Below are positions 28,601 to 44,100 of a DNA stretch of 64,000 nt, piece after piece (the stretch's first letter is position 1; the number at the start of each line of letters is the position of its first letter). Source of the DNA: Trichoplax sp. H2. Its lineage: Eukaryota. The position numbers and the translations under genes were made by a program. The stretch is taken from contig NOWV01000250.1 in assembly GCA_003344405.1 (NCBI GenBank), forward strand, positions 1 through 64,000. Reading direction: 5' to 3'. The notes below the pieces were generated by a model. That model made no database searches. It worked only from the letters and a program-made list of their open reading frames with translations, and was not told the DNA's origin.

Positions 28601-31600
28601 GAACACTATACTGTATATGCACGGTTAAATAAACCTCAGTATGGCCATGATCTTGACCCTAACTGCCGTAATGTATTTTACTCCCATCAATTCCATCAGA
28701 TGTATCAGGCTTTCAAGTGTCTATTTATACATACAAAGATTGCAATTGTTTTTCTAAATTAGACACTGAAAATCGCCAAAAATATTAACGATATTGATGC
28801 TATAATCACGAACTCGTTTTTTCTCTTCAGCATCAGCTGCTCGCAACAAGCTTGAGTTAAAAAATGTAAGTATTCCAAGTAATTTTGGTTGCAAATAATC
28901 AGCCTACAAAGAAGCGTAAAACTATGTAAGAGTAATATTATTCACCCAAAAATACTTCTAAATTTGCCGTACTTGTGTATTTACTTACAACAGCCTTTTC
29001 TGGATCAGCAAATTCGCATTTGAACGTCTCATCCCAACCAGCTAGCATCAATAGTCCGTTAAAAACCTAAAGTTATACATGATAAGTTACACTACGTTAT
29101 AGTCTTATGAAGGCAATTTATTATTACAAAGAGATCAAACTAATGACAATTTTTAATTATACGCGTATATCAGAGTACGAAGTCGTACCTCAGTAAAATG
29201 AGATCCAAGATAAAGTAATAACTGGCCAAGTAGCTTCTGACTACTAGATTTTAGTAAGCCAAATAAATCAACCGTACTTTCTTCCTGTTAAGAATAAAAA
29301 AATAGACTGCCTAAGTCATACGTAATATTGATACGAAAGCGAATAGTGAAGTTTTCTTACTTCCACAAAATGAAATGCTTTCTCTTGTATTTCACTATTA
29401 CAGTTTGTGATTAAAAAAGTTGCTACGTATGGAAAATTATCAACGTACATAAGATAATAATCCTATAAGCCAAAGTTAATGCATGAATCAGAGAAATTAT
29501 ATCCATCATATAACGAATAATTTACAAGTTAAATACCATGTTTAACGCCGTCGCGATTTCCCGCAATAATCCAGAGGCGGTTTTACTTGCTTTACTGGTT
29601 AACCGCGGCAATAACAGATATAAAAAATTCTACATTTTACCAAATAAAAGGAAGATGTACCAATTAAGTTGGCATGTCATAAAATCTTGAGGATATATTT
29701 CAATATTACCTTTAAGAAAGTTCCAATATCTTTGAAAGCGAAAACCCTAACCACCTTAGAAATCATGCATGTAAGTATAATACGAAAAATAAATATTGGA
29801 ACCGCTGAACCCGAATTACAAGATCATTTAAACCCATAATTGAACTAGATACTATACCTCTCCAATAGATGTTTCGATCGCTTGTTTTGCTTCCAAAGAA
29901 TTATCATGAATGTTATCTACTAACACCTTTTCATGTTTTGCAGTCAAAATATTTTACATCAATAATGCTGAATACATTCCTTCAAGTGATCTCTTATTTT
30001 ACGAATTTAAATCGTCAATACGCAACTAAGATGTATTTGTTACACCTTTGCGAATGCTTCAACGATGAAACCAGACATAGAGTGAATATTTCACTATGCA
30101 GAGATGCTTACCTCACAAAGCTTCTCTTTAAATCGGTTAAACAATTTCTCAGGGCTTAGAGCCTTTGACTTTGCAACAAGTCGTATCTACAGTAATTAAT
30201 CAATTATCGATATGTTATAATATCGAAATTATATCCGAAATCGGATTATTAAACAACATGTAACCTGATCGAACGTAACGGCTACTACAGCACCATAAGT
30301 TGACAGTAATCCTTCCAAAAGAGCAATAACCACAACAAGTAACAGTTCTCCCTCAGCAATTCTGTTTGAAGTGAATACAAAAGATGCCTTTACAATGACT
30401 ATTTGAAGACTTAAATTATAAGATTAAACATCTGACAGAGCTGCAGGTAAATATTAGCACCTTCCAATTTGACCGATAGTAAGATATATCGTTTCCAACA
30501 AGCTAAATATTTACGTACAAAAAAGATAAAAATTTGTTAAAATTTAAACCTTCATTTCACACTAAATTATTAACATTAAGAATTAGATTACCTATGATTG
30601 CTTTCTTTAAGGGCTTTACTTAGAACAGACTTTATTTTCGAAACCACATATCCATTCAACGAATTTACTGGCGTGGCAGCAAAATTATTTTGAATGCTGC
30701 CTAAAAGATCTTCTGTAGGCGGTGATGTTTCATACAGGAGAAACCGTACTAAATAGCTAAAATGAAAATTGCAATAAAAAAATTGATTTGTCGTTTCACA
30801 ACAATAAAATATCTTAGAATGTAGCTATTACTTTAAAATTAAGTTATCACTACCTAAATATCAATCGAACTTCATGATCTGGATCATCCACCAAGCCCAT
30901 TATTGATTTAGCCAGACTGTACGAATCCGAATTTAAAGCAGCTATGTCTGAAACAAATAAAATTTGGTAATTTTGCATTGAGTCACTTAATATACTTCAC
31001 AATATTAAGTATATTAGTAAAGTGACATACACTATTATTTTTTTCAAACTACCTAAACTGAATACAGAATAATTTAATTAATGCTATATCAAACTCTTTT
31101 ATATTATATCAATTCGTTAATAAATCTTCATAAAAAAACGAATTTGACTTTACCTAGATGACTGATGAGCCTTGGTATACTGTTCATAAATGCTACCAAA
31201 TGTAAAAATAGATAAATCTTTTAGCATGTGTTATCAATCATAATCTATAATGTATTTTATTATACATTAAATATTTACCTAGCTTTATGGATCGGGAACA
31301 CTTTACGTCTAACAATTTCATGAACGGCAATAAAATTTCCGCGTCGGCACATAAAACCGCTTAGACAGAAAAAGCACAAATTCGCTATAACCCTTCTGAT
31401 AAACTAAAATAACAGGGAAACGATGAAATTTACCAGAACCGCGCTCCGCTGATGAATAACTATCTTCAATTAGCTTCTGACAATACGAACAGTGAAGAGT
31501 AGTTCCATCGGCAATAGTGCTATCGAATGAGATATTGCTTGACCTGCAAATGTTCATATAATAGAATAACTGTAATAATCCCGTACGTAATTATGAATGC

Positions 31601-34600
31601 AAACCCTCCTCATACCATTGTAATTTCGGAGATTGCGAAAGTGCACAGGCAATACTGCCTATACAAGATGCAACGGTTTCTTTTATACTACATGAATCGG
31701 TATCTAAAATATTCCTGAATGAAGATAAAAGAAATTCATTTACATTTTTAAACTTTTTAAGGATATCGCTGCAATGAATGCATAAGCTGAAAATATTATA
31801 GACTTACGATAAATAAGATATAATTTCATGATAATACTGCACCCCTAAATTGGTCAGAAATTGAGGCACTGATTTTACCGCTGCTATTCTTAATGATTCA
31901 TTGTTGGATGGCAACAAGCATTTCTTAAAGACTTCCATTCGAAAAGAAGGTGCAACACCGTAAGGTAGCAAAGCAAGATTGTGGATACTACCACACTTGC
32001 TATCATCTACATATAAAAATTATTAAGGTTAATATACTGTACAATCTCCATTTCACGCAAAACTTGAATAATGGCGAGAACCTACCTAAATACTTGGTAA
32101 TGGCAGTACTAATAGATTTGATATCATTATCTATAATCATATCTATACAATCTTGGTTAATCTCATGAATCCAAGGTAAAGAAACCAGGTTAGTTAGATA
32201 ATACAATAAATCATCAGATAACGTTAAGACTTCACTAGGATAACACAAGTTCAGGATAGCACCAGCAGAATTGATAATAATTTTATAAACGGCTTCCAGG
32301 TTAACTACTAACTCTAGTTCATCCTCTACTATACTCTTTAAGCGCAGTAAAATATTTTTCCATGTAGTATATAATAGCGATAATTGATCACTATTAAACC
32401 AAGAATTCTTAATCGCATATAATGAAAGATTGATCCCAGACTCTGGGTTAACAATCTCTGAACTGCCTTGAAGTACATTATCTGAATTTAAATTTTGCGA
32501 CATATATTGTGATCCCTTTGCACAGCCATAACTGATGCTACTTGTATTACGAGTTGATGGGCTTAATAATAATACCATGATATTACATCTCGCAAAAGTT
32601 TCAATACATATGCGGATGCCTTCCATAGTTTGGACAATCTATAGGGGTTAGATATTTAATAACCATTTACGCGAAAAATTGCCTGATCAAAAATTTATCA
32701 ATGAAAATGGATATCTAGAGGTTCAATCGATATTCACAAAGATGCTTTACCTCCAGTACGTCGAGTCCCTCGAAAGATTTTGATAGCAAACTACATAGAT
32801 CAAAATACCTTTTGGACATCATTGCAAAAGCTACAGAATCATAATTTAAATTATCCGTGACGTCACTAAAAAATAAAAATTTAGCATTTTGGTAATCATT
32901 AACAAATTTCATCGATATGCACATCTATACAACAAATAGTATAACAATAAGTAACTATAATATAAACCTCTCAAATATAAATAGGATTTGGCTTATTTAT
33001 TTACCCAGTCGAAGATGCGTTTACATTTTTAACAACAGAATCATCCAGTTTTGCTTTCTTTGGACTCGGTTGACTGTAAATATAGTACAACACCATACAG
33101 ACTTAAATAACTGAAGAAGCATACTTTAATAATTTAAAACAAGGATACTTCAAAGATAGAAGCCTTACTCTTCCGCATCTAAACCATGGCTAATTGTCTG
33201 AGGCAGCTATTCAAACAAGATATCAAAAAGCATTATGATCTACACGGGATAGAATATTGATTTCTGATGCTAACTCATGAAACTATTAAATTTAGAATTA
33301 CCTTATTTAAATTATCTTGGTAAGATATTTCAAGCCATGACCATTGGCTTAGTGGACCTAGAAGTGGCTATACAAATTGAAAAAGTAAAGTTGAGTGATA
33401 CAACGATATCCTTTTAAGGCATTGAAAGTAATTGATTGAACCTGTTGATTACAGTCGGAACCAATTTGAGAGATTAGCCAATTTAACACCTCAGATGTAA
33501 AGCCAATTAAGCATGTTTGGTTATTTTTACGCCTTTGCAATGCTTCGTAACATCCAATGCTATATAGAGCATGGCAAACAGGCACAGCAAGAGATTTTTG
33601 ATCCCGAATACAAAAATTCGTATGTAAATTTAGCAAAGTAACAACACCCGTTAAAATTTGCTCGATATACTCTCTAGAAATTTTAAATTCTTCCATCAAA
33701 GGTGTAGCTTGAACGATACCAGCCGATGTATTGTATGGTAACAGAACATTAAAGCATGAATCAATGCTCAATTCCAATCCAGAACTTATGCATAAATAAA
33801 TGTAGGGTACAAATTGTTAGTATATTTTATAAAAACACACAGAGACTAAAATTTTGCAAAGCAATAAATGATGCCATTAGTAAATTAATACTAAAGTGAT
33901 TACAAATTATACAAACCTAATAGAATTAGCATGGGAATATAATGCAAAATTTAGTAATGCCAGTACACAGTTAATAAAATATTCACATAATGTTGGTTTT
34001 GGGATAATATTATTATCAATTAGAGCCGAACATAGCCGAACTGTAACCTATAATGAGATATATAAGATACTTTAAAATATGAAAAATAAAAGCTTAAAGT
34101 CATAGCTTCTTATTCTACCAACATTCTTGATCTCTATAGTGCCAGTATCTAATTGATAGATTAGTATTGGCCATAACTCTATGCCGCAATCAAGGACAAA
34201 TTGGCATATGCAATCGCAGACATCCAGCAACATTTTACTGTGGAAGGTAAATTGTATTTTTAGATGTCAGTAAGTAGAGTATCGTATCATATATGCATCA
34301 TAAGTGAATGCAACAGTTACAGTTTAAAAATATAGATTTACGTGATATGTAATTGTAATGAGAAGAAATTATTAGGTGAGGAAATTTTTATAGGTTTGTG
34401 AGAAAAGTCTTCGTCACCACTTGTTTTCATAAAGGTAATCTAATAAAATAGATAAAATTACAGCAATTATACAAGTCAAAAAGAGTGTATACAATTATGC
34501 GAATATATAGTACATATTTAGATATCATACAGGATAATAGAAATATACATTATAGTGAAGCAGAAAGTCTCTTATTACCGAGTTTAACTCACTGTCCTCC

Positions 34601-35713
34601 AAAACAAAGCAATTAATTTCTACAGCATTTTGTAAATCCAAATCGGTAAATTCGGTATTGCTTAAACCTAATTTGGTATCCACACATAGTTGCCATTAAA
34701 GGTATATCTTTCATGCACACAGGTACTATGAATAGATTCACAACAATCGCTATTTCATAAGTAGTTATGAATTCTATTACTCACTCATCAAGATCATGAC
34801 AAATTCTTCTATTATTTCTCGAAAGAAAATTAAGTCTTTCAATTCTATAAGCTATCCATAAACATAATAGTATAATTGTCATCATTAGTATTTATCTAAG
34901 CAAAATATTCCCTCAAATTCTGCATAAATCTAAGGATAGAAATAAGAAATACTATCATTTATAGGTTCAACTTTACTTACTTTTAATATACTGATAATTA
35001 TCTGTGAGGAAGTTGAATGCAATTTCTGACAGTCCGATGAAGCCAATAAATGCATTAATTTACACGTTATCCATTTGATGAAAGCTATTAAAGGTATTCA
35101 AAAAAATATTAACTGAAGTAAGCTCCATTAATGACATCAAGAATAAACTCTATTTCTATTTATAAATTCTTACCTATCCTCGTATGTTACCCTTTGCATG
35201 TTATACATACTTACGGTTATTACACTGCCGATACTAGTAATTTACCTTTTGATGTTACGTCGATTGCTTCGAAAGTTTCAGGCACAAAACATTCCGGTTG
35301 GTCGCTAACCAAATGTTGCATGAAAGAGAGTAATGTTTCCGGTTGTGAACTAATACCAGTTTTTTTGGCTAACTGCGTTGACACTTCGGGAATTAATGTG
35401 GCCAGAAGAAGATCGATATTAAAATAGAAATTAAGAAATTGTAAAAAATTACGATGTTATGTCACAGTATGATACAACATTGTATCATGAATAAGGAACA
35501 AGTAAAATACCTGTATGCATACAGGTAAAAATTGCCGAATTTACAAATAAGTCATGGAAATTTAAACTATCTAAAGTGAATCACTATATGGCTATTGCAT
35601 AGATACTTTTGAACAATTTACCTTCTTCAATGTTCAATAAGTATCTGCTAACCAAATGGCAGAGTAAATTACGTGTTTCCAAGATTCTTTGATCAGGTTC
35701 GACATTTTGAACT
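19605..35713 (-). CDS. ATR: Serine/threonine kinase ATR (PIKK family: HEAT/UME, FAT, kinase, FATC), many small exons; start exon not resolved
   Basis: Kinase motifs: [102 protein letters not shown]. The FATC end is [19 protein letters not shown] (stop 19605-19607). FAT motifs: [25 protein letters not shown]. The ATR-like N-terminal exon reads [12 protein letters not shown]. Confidence 0.96.
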
Positions 35714-36619
35714 CTGCATATTGAATCAAATAATCGTATTAGTAGCTGGATGTATTATAGCTCGTTGGATAGCATGTCAAATCCGGTGTGGTCCGACTAC
35801 TGTACCAATTGTATTGTATGCAATACTAATTCGGAAAAATTAGCGGATTGTTTCTTGTTGATTCGATTAATGAACGTTAGCAAACTACCAAATAGATACT
35901 GCTCGTAGTAAAGAAATAGCTATAGTACAGTAGTTTAAAGAAAAATATATTGATGTTGAAATATAACAACCTATGTATAGTACGCTAAACTCCTATTGTA
36001 CGAGACTGAAGTTGGATAATATTGTCTGTCCTTTTGGATATTGAAATCGCCTAGGAAAGAACTTGCGGCTATAATCACAGTATCAAAAAGGAGTGCAATT
36101 ATCTTGTACAACGTAGCTGAATGAAAGGTATGGAAATGATGAGAGCGATTATTATCATAAAAAAGAATAAACATCATGCATTCCATTCCAACTTGAGTAT
36201 TATAAATATAGCTAAAGGAAATTAAACACTGTACAGTACTGACTATCCTGTAGGCATTGCACTGTTTACAACTTTCAAGGCGAGCTATCGACCCAGTAGA
36301 CTACGCATTACTTTCTAGTTTGGCCATGTTGATAGCCTACCGCTTTGACCTCATGATCAAGCATCGTATACTGTAAATATCCATGATGGTCATATTAAGC
36401 ATTTCCTGTCTATCAATACTATGCCGCGATAGCGAATAATGATGAAGATTAAAAGAGTGTTGCAATCAACGTTGTAGTAGCTAATATACTACCGCAATAG
36501 TTGTACTTCTATCAACAGTAAAATCAAAATAATCTCCAAATAATCATTTCATATAGCAACGAGCTAAAGTCAAGGTAGCGACACATAAACATGAACTGCA
36601 TGGAAGAATCAAAATATTG

Positions 36620-36830
36620 CAAATATCGTCTCAACCTGTTCGCAAAATCGATGACGATTTGCTTGAGTTTTGACTGAGTTCCGCTTGAAGATGGACGTCC
36701 TGACATTTCGACCCAAAATAATGCTAATAGACTTGAAATAGGATCTCAGTAATTAGAATCAGCGTTAGCGAGGATAACCACCGATCAATTTGCGGTGTTT
36801 ACCATGCAAATCCAAGTCAAATACGATATG
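36620..36830 (-). pseudogene. Degraded Smr (small MutS-related) endonuclease domain remnant
   Basis: FDLDLHGKH (LDLHG at 36815-36801) is in frame with YFKSISIILGR (ILGR at 36719-36708), with three stops between them. After a frameshift the sequence continues GRPSSSGTQSKLKQIVIDFANRL. Together these match the LDLHG...IITGxGxHS...LK..V..[FW]L Smr pattern. Confidence 0.55.
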
Positions 36831-39800
36831 CTTTACGCGCGTTGGAACACCGATGATCTGTAAAATTTTTTGTCACCCTTTTGATTAGTTTCTTTAAGAA
36901 TTGTCCATCATTCCAACTTGATAATCTTTTCAATCGATATTGTAGACATGACAACTGATTTGCACTATATGTATTGTACAGTTGTACACTTATTTTACGG
37001 TACACTAGTACCGATGGCCAACCAGCCTAAACACGTTCTGTACCGTGGTCGGTAGCGTGCAAAATATACTGTCACTCCCCGGAGAGTCTATTTTCTCCTA
37101 TATTGCTGTCTATCCTGATAGAAAATACGATCCAAGGGGGTGACATTTGATTTTGCACATTGCAGAACAGTGTCAGTATGGCTTCACTATCTACTGTAAC
37201 TGCTGATCGCAGTCTACGTATATCTCGACGGCATTGAAGTAGCTCAATTTTATCCTCGATGTCTTCAATCTCTTGTTTAAATGTCTTAAGTGATCGTAAC
37301 AGCACTTATTGAAATAGTTTCTGGTACCTGTTTACAGCCAAGCACTAAAACTATCGATTGGACAATATACTGTATAAATGTCTCAGGTGTGGTATTGAAA
37401 CGTCTCAAAGGAGACTACTTCGTACTACTTACCGTACCGCTGAAGATAACTTCTTAATTTTGTACTAGATACAGTTTCAGCGATTTCTTGCTAGAGCTTC
37501 TCAAAATGATAATACTCAGAAGCTATTGACTAACTAAAACCTTAATTAAAAAGGAAGAGAGGTACAGGAAACGGTAGTTTACCTAGTAAGAATGTGGAGA
37601 CGGATTATTTTACTAGTCATTTCAACTGTATCGCATGTCTGCAGCGGTATGCTATATACTGTCTACGATGCACGTCCAAATGAGCTACAACATGGCTGCA
37701 AACATGTTGCTAAGTTAGTTTTGCACAGTATGGTATACGGTTTCATTAATGCCGTCTAATAGAATGACCGGAAAAATGATCCACATTATTCCCTCTCTTT
37801 TCTTTTGAGTTATCCCTGCTGGTATACACCATTTTGGAAGAAACTGCTACTAAGGGCGAGAGACGACCAACAACTGCTGATTGGCAGAAATGTGGAGCCT
37901 GGTTCTGTACATACAACGTTTGTCATCTTAAGTAACTGTAAAGTTACAGATGGACACTCATTTGTACAATAGTAGCCATCCAATTGATTCCGTATTGTAT
38001 CAATTAGGTAAGTAGTCACCAGTGATAAAGGAACTACTAAAAGGAAAGAGAAGGCAAGCAATGGCCGTTCACTGCAAAATAACAATGGGATTGACCATGA
38101 TTCCAGTCATTGCAGTATACGCTATCACTGAAATCGTATTCCATACTGTACAAAACCATAAGCAGCTACCACAAATACATTTGCAGCACCATACTATAAC
38201 GTGTATGGATCTATTAGCTCATCCAGATTGCTATGGAGAACTCATTACATAAATAATAAAACTTGCAGTACTGTTGGCATAGGAAGTCGAAAGAAAAATC
38301 TTTCTTTCTTTTACTTCTATCATGGACTACTCGGAAGAAGACAGAGTTCAGCTCCTAGATCGACCATTCCTCGGATGGACGGACTTCCCTTACCAAAAAT
38401 AAGGCTCTAAAATGGCTGCTTAGTATAGATCTGCTGTGTCTGTAATTACTGTTACTAATTTAAATATATAACATCGACAATCTTACATAACTGTCTCCAA
38501 GTAGGTGTGAGAAAAAGATAATAAGATTCAACTTAATATTACTTGATTAATCTAGAAAAAAATTAATCAATTCAAAATCGACCGTCTACACACTAAAGTA
38601 CTGTCATAACGAGGCGAGGCCGAAATGTCTACCCGTCCAAGAGGGATCAATCCAGGTCTTCTTCTAGTAGTCCATGTCTCTACCTCCATCGATTAGATTC
38701 TGCTTGAATTGACAATAAATCCTTTAATCTAGTCTGAATAGCACAATTCAAGCAAGATACTACATATAAGCGTCTTTCATGTCGTATAAAGTGTACAAGA
38801 GTGCATATTGTATGGCTCGATAAGCCATTGAAAAACTTGGTAGTATAGTACTTAATAACTGTAGATATGCATGCAATCATCGACAATTGTAATACTTGGC
38901 AGGATTGCTGGTCTAGTAAGTCTTTATCGATCAAATTTTGCTTGAATAACATTATTGAATCTAATTTCAATGACTACAGTAAATTCAAGCAAAACAGATA
39001 CTGAGATTAATCGTTATCGATATGGTAGTGTTTAACAGGTCAAGTCTTAAAAGTATTAAGTATTTCTATCCCTACCCTGAACCAGTCATTCAATAATACA
39101 TAAATTATTTCCCAAATGTAGCGGATAAAATAGTTTATTACTTCAGTTAAAATAAAGCTATTGTTGAATATGACAGTAGCGAACTTAGATCACGTACGCT
39201 ATACACAGCTAGCTCTCAAACTGAAACTCCCTCCTGAAGGAATCAGCCTTCAATGTCCTTCATTGCAACTGGCATTCTAACTTAAGACTACAGCTTTCGT
39301 CTCTAAATGATTCACTCAAGAACGGATCAAATGATGCCAGAATGCCATTATTGTGTATTATAGTTTATAATGTGCCTTTTGATATGCTGCTATATTGCTA
39401 AGACATTGCCTACTGTAATGGTGATATATTGTTGTATAAAATTACTTTATTTCTCTCAATACTTAGTACAGACAGGTTTAGTCTCGCCATCTTACTTGCG
39501 ATTATTGGAATCTCTATAGAATCTATTATCTTACAACATGGAATTCTTCGCCGATCGAATTCGGCTTGAATTGATTTCACTGAGTCTAGTTTAAAGGGTA
39601 TTCAAGCGGATTATTAATCTATCAGTAATGTATACGCGTAGAAGGTGAGCCTGCTATGCTCTTTCCAGTCTGTAGCAAGTAGCCAAGCAGGAGCTTTCTT
39701 AAAATCGTAAAATCAAGCAGTTAAAACTTGATATACGCACGGCTGAACAAGTACTGTAACACCTTCTAGTGATGTAATTTTTCTTTTCCTTGCCAAATGT

Positions 39801-41158
39801 TCAATGAATGATTTCATCATCTCGGCCATAAGCTACAACTACTTGATCAACTGTAAGCGCAATTGACTATTCTAAGTCACGTCATGCTCTATTTCATATT
39901 CCTATCCGCTTTTAAAATACTCCTACACTACTATTATTAGCCGAAATTACCGCGACACATTAAAAGTCTATGCTATCCTTTATTTTTATAAGAATGTTAG
40001 TAAAAGACATTGCCATCACTGCAGTCATACTCTCGTATACGTGTATAAATCAACCTAACGGCAAGTAAAGAGTAGATTACTATTTCAAAACTTTAATATC
40101 GATTTACTAGCGGCAAAACGACAATGCTAAGCTATGACGCACACCTACAAATCCAGTGCAAGATGATCAATGTCTCGAATGATATTATACTACACGAAAC
40201 CATTAATTGCTTATAATGTCCAGGATTACCCGTTTTAGGTGCAGAAATAGTAATCAACTTGTTTCAATTTTCCATTTAAACAACTGCGTTATCCCATACG
40301 GTAATCAAACTACTTACAGGGGAAGCCTTATAATATTCCAAACTGGGAGTGGAGATGTAGCTCTGATCTTGTCATCGGTTAATCATATATATATATATTT
40401 AAATGCAATAACAGAGTAGTTACTAGATGTAAGTTACTGCCTGAGTAATTACCAGGCAATCAATTTCCAATGTAAATTAATCGTTACAAGTATATCGTAA
40501 TTAAATAAAATACTAGCTAGCTAGAATAGATCATCGTATTGAGAGCATGAAGAAATAATCAAAGTTATTGAATACTAGCAAGTACACTATTCAAAGAACA
40601 GCATGCTGATAGAAAACTTGATCGAAATGACTCCTCTTGAGGTTATTAGACCTTTTCATTTGAATGTATTAGAGCGGATTGAGCCACTTTTACAACACCA
40701 GATGAGAGGATTAGATAGTAATTTCTCATAATACAATTTGTCATTAAAGATCATATTCAATTTATGGCAAATTCTCTTTTAGTAAACTCTGAAATGAGTA
40801 CAGTAGTAGAAATTATGGCTTAATCGAAAATTATTATAGTTCCACGCCAAAGACAGTAGTATCCACTGTTAATTTAATTATTACGTGAAAACATTACAGC
40901 TTCTGTGCAATTTTAATTGCAGCAAGTCAGTTTTATTTATCATTGCAGCCAATCTATCCATACAAGTAATAAGGTGCAGTATAATGCTATCGTAGCCTGC
41001 TTATCTTTTCTTATGAAAGTCATCCATTCCATTTTACTTAAAATGTTACACAGCGTTTTATATACTGTATATGTAACGTAGTATCAACCCCTCACTGGCT
41101 TTCTCCTCCATTCTGAGAAAATTTACACATAAAATCAGGATGAAGATAGATAACCAAT

Positions 41159-44100
41159 TTACAGATGGATCACCGATTGACGGCGCATTCGCTGACAATG
41201 TTCCTTGCACGCTTTACGCAATCGATAATGTCGATACGCTCTTTGAATTATAACAGCAGCTTTAATTTCTTGTACTGCCAACTGCTTTAACCTCTTGCTT
41301 TTATCATATTGCTTAGGAATTCCTGAGGAAGGGAAAGTTTCACTAAACTTTTTCTGAATTTGCCTTTTAATCTCTTCTACAACATCGCCAGCTTCATCAG
41401 CATTGGGTTGACCAATAACTCTTTCAACTAATGCTTCTAAAACGTCTAAACAATGGACAAGCCGACTATCGTATAATGCTAGATCCAATGCAATCAGTGG
41501 ATACTTATTGGGCTGCGGAATCCGAAGTGGCGGCTTTAATTCGGCGACTAAGGGTGATAAATAGCGAAAGCTGATAAATTGACTAGCTTCAGGATCATAT
41601 TTGGCCCAAGTCTCATAAAATACATTGATATCTTCGGCTGTGATGACGGATCCTTCTTCTTCTTCTTCGACCTCTTGATAATTATTTAATATAATGGCCA
41701 CATACATATTAATTAAGACAAATGTCGTAATAAAGATGTAGGTAATTAAGAAGGTGATCGCCACTGGGGGATTTCCACAATCACCATTCCATGAAAATGC
41801 TGTCGCTGAGTTATTACAATCAGGCGGTTGGACCATTAAATCATGCAGTACATCATTCCAACCGGCAGACGTGCTCAACCGAAATAAGAGCAAAAGACCG
41901 TTAGGAAATGTCTCAAAGTTCATATTTTTAGTTATAGCTGTCTGGTGCTTGACATAAGCAAATGATGACATACCCACAATTGCATAAATAAACATAACCA
42001 AGAAGACCAGTAAAGCAACATTAAAAAGTGCGGGCATAGACATAGCGAATGCCGTTAAAAGCTTACGAATGCCTTTGGCAAATTCCAATACTCGAAGAAT
42101 ACGCACAATTCGAAATAAACGTAACGTCCTCAACATCGATGGATTGATAGGGATACTGGCGTTGCTGCTGTCCATAACGTCAAGTATAATACCTGAAACA
42201 TCATATTAATATATTTATATTGTTTTTAAATCTTGAAATAGAAACTCTCTGTAGGGCCACAAAAGATTTTAAGATTTTACAGTATACATGCATAAAACTC
42301 TGAATTTTTAGCCATTTAGACGTGGTACAATTATATCATACTACAAGACTTATTCCAATTACAACGAGCTAATTTTAAGGAATTCTCATTCTTAAATGTT
42401 AATTTTGACTAAACTATACAATTTTTAGCATATAAAGACCTTCGTGGATGATATATCTTTCTAATTATATCTTTTCAATCTTTCGTATTTTAGTAATAGA
42501 TTTGCTACGATTTGCCATAAGGGCCTACGTCGTTGTCATTATGCGATCATCAGACTGGAAGCATTTCTAACACTGATATATTATACTTGTAATACGAAAG
42601 TATGATTCAGTAATTTTAAGATTTCTCTTTACATTTAAATTCAATTATTACAAGTTTACAATGGTATAAATACCGATATGTGGCGAAAAATAATTAATAA
42701 TCATCATGGAAATCAGATATGATGACATTTCTACTCACGATTGCATACAGTAAGTCTAGCAATCCTAAAAGTGTTCTAATTCACTGCATTATAGTTTATC
42801 GTATACATCTTTCTAAATACAAAAACAACTTACCTATAATAGCTACCAATACAATAATGAAATCAAAGAGATTCCACAAATTTTTGAAATAGTGCTGTCT
42901 CATAGCAATGATTTTCAGAATTGCTTCCAAGACGTAAATGGCTGTAAAAATATAATTTAAAGTATGTGCTGGTTCCAATGCAAAAAATAGCGTGTAGAGT
43001 TAAGGAATGTTCTAGAATAGAACATGGAAATGCTAGCGATCAAATTTTAGAAAAATGAAATCACAGCTTAAACGTTGATCATGTCAAGTACATGTATTGC
43101 TGTGCAGCAATGCCTATTAATTTCTTGATGATGTACTTAAAATCTACAGTGACCTCTTAAGAATTGGACTTATATGCTGTAGTAGGAATGTGTCGTAAAG
43201 ACTGCATTTAATCTTGCCATATCTCACATCTATATCTAAACAATTTTGTAATCGGCAAAATAATAAATTATTTGATGTTGGTCCTAATACTATTTTAATA
43301 TTAAAAATACTGAGTAGAGCAATTTTTATCCAGAATCGGTAATGATATATTAAAAAATATATTTTACAATAATTCTTTCTAAATTTTGCAGGCTTAAAAA
43401 TGAAATTACTTAAATAGGATAGAGTAAGAGAAGATTTAATGGCAGTATTTCTATCATTATTCTCACCGCTTGCAAGATACATTTACTATAGTTATTAAGC
43501 CATATTAACAGCTAAAGTAAAATAGGATCGTTCATACCAAGCATCCATTATATATTGGGTCATAGTCAATCTGTCCTCATGAAGTAGTCATAGCAACTTA
43601 ATATAAATCCAAAGACTTGTACTAAGATTTCATTATAAGATTTTGATGTAAAAAAAAGGATATCAAGTACTCTCGTAACTTCTTGAGATTGATCGAAATG
43701 GACTACCATCATAGCTGCAGTATTAGCAACGATAACAAGGATAATTGCCAGTTCAAATTTATTGCTTTGAACAATTGCTAGTAATCTTTTTTGACTATCG
43801 CGCTAAAATTTTTGATGAAGAAAAAGCAAAATTTAAGACAAAATAGCCTCAGAATTGCTATAAAAAGTACTCTAAATCATGATTGTAAGATAACCATATT
43901 GCAAGTAATTCAACTTCAGCGAAATAACTTTTAATGGGATTACGACGAATGCTGTAAACTAAACGTTGCTATCAACTACAATTAAAAAGTAGAAAGTGAA
44001 TTAACTACATTGATAATTACCTTAGGAAGTGGTATCCGCCTCACTGGTTTAGATTTAGACATAGTTTTCATTACATTATACCATCGCTTTTGCGATTCCG

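Noticed and set aside
25370..33150. RTATCCTT matches inside ATR (about 25376, 31759, 33141) as U12 donors
   Set aside because: They lie inside introns that already have in-phase canonical GT-AG boundaries.
36817..36850. CSNARKAYRI resembling the helical region upstream of Smr in N4BP2-like proteins
   Set aside because: It is in a different frame and immediately adjacent to LDLHG, with no room for the expected intervening segment; likely coincidence.
40438..40458. Short hairpin tgcctg-agtaattac-caggca, and (TA)n runs near 40385, 49407 and 49957
   Set aside because: They are too short to distinguish from chance or ordinary microsatellites.
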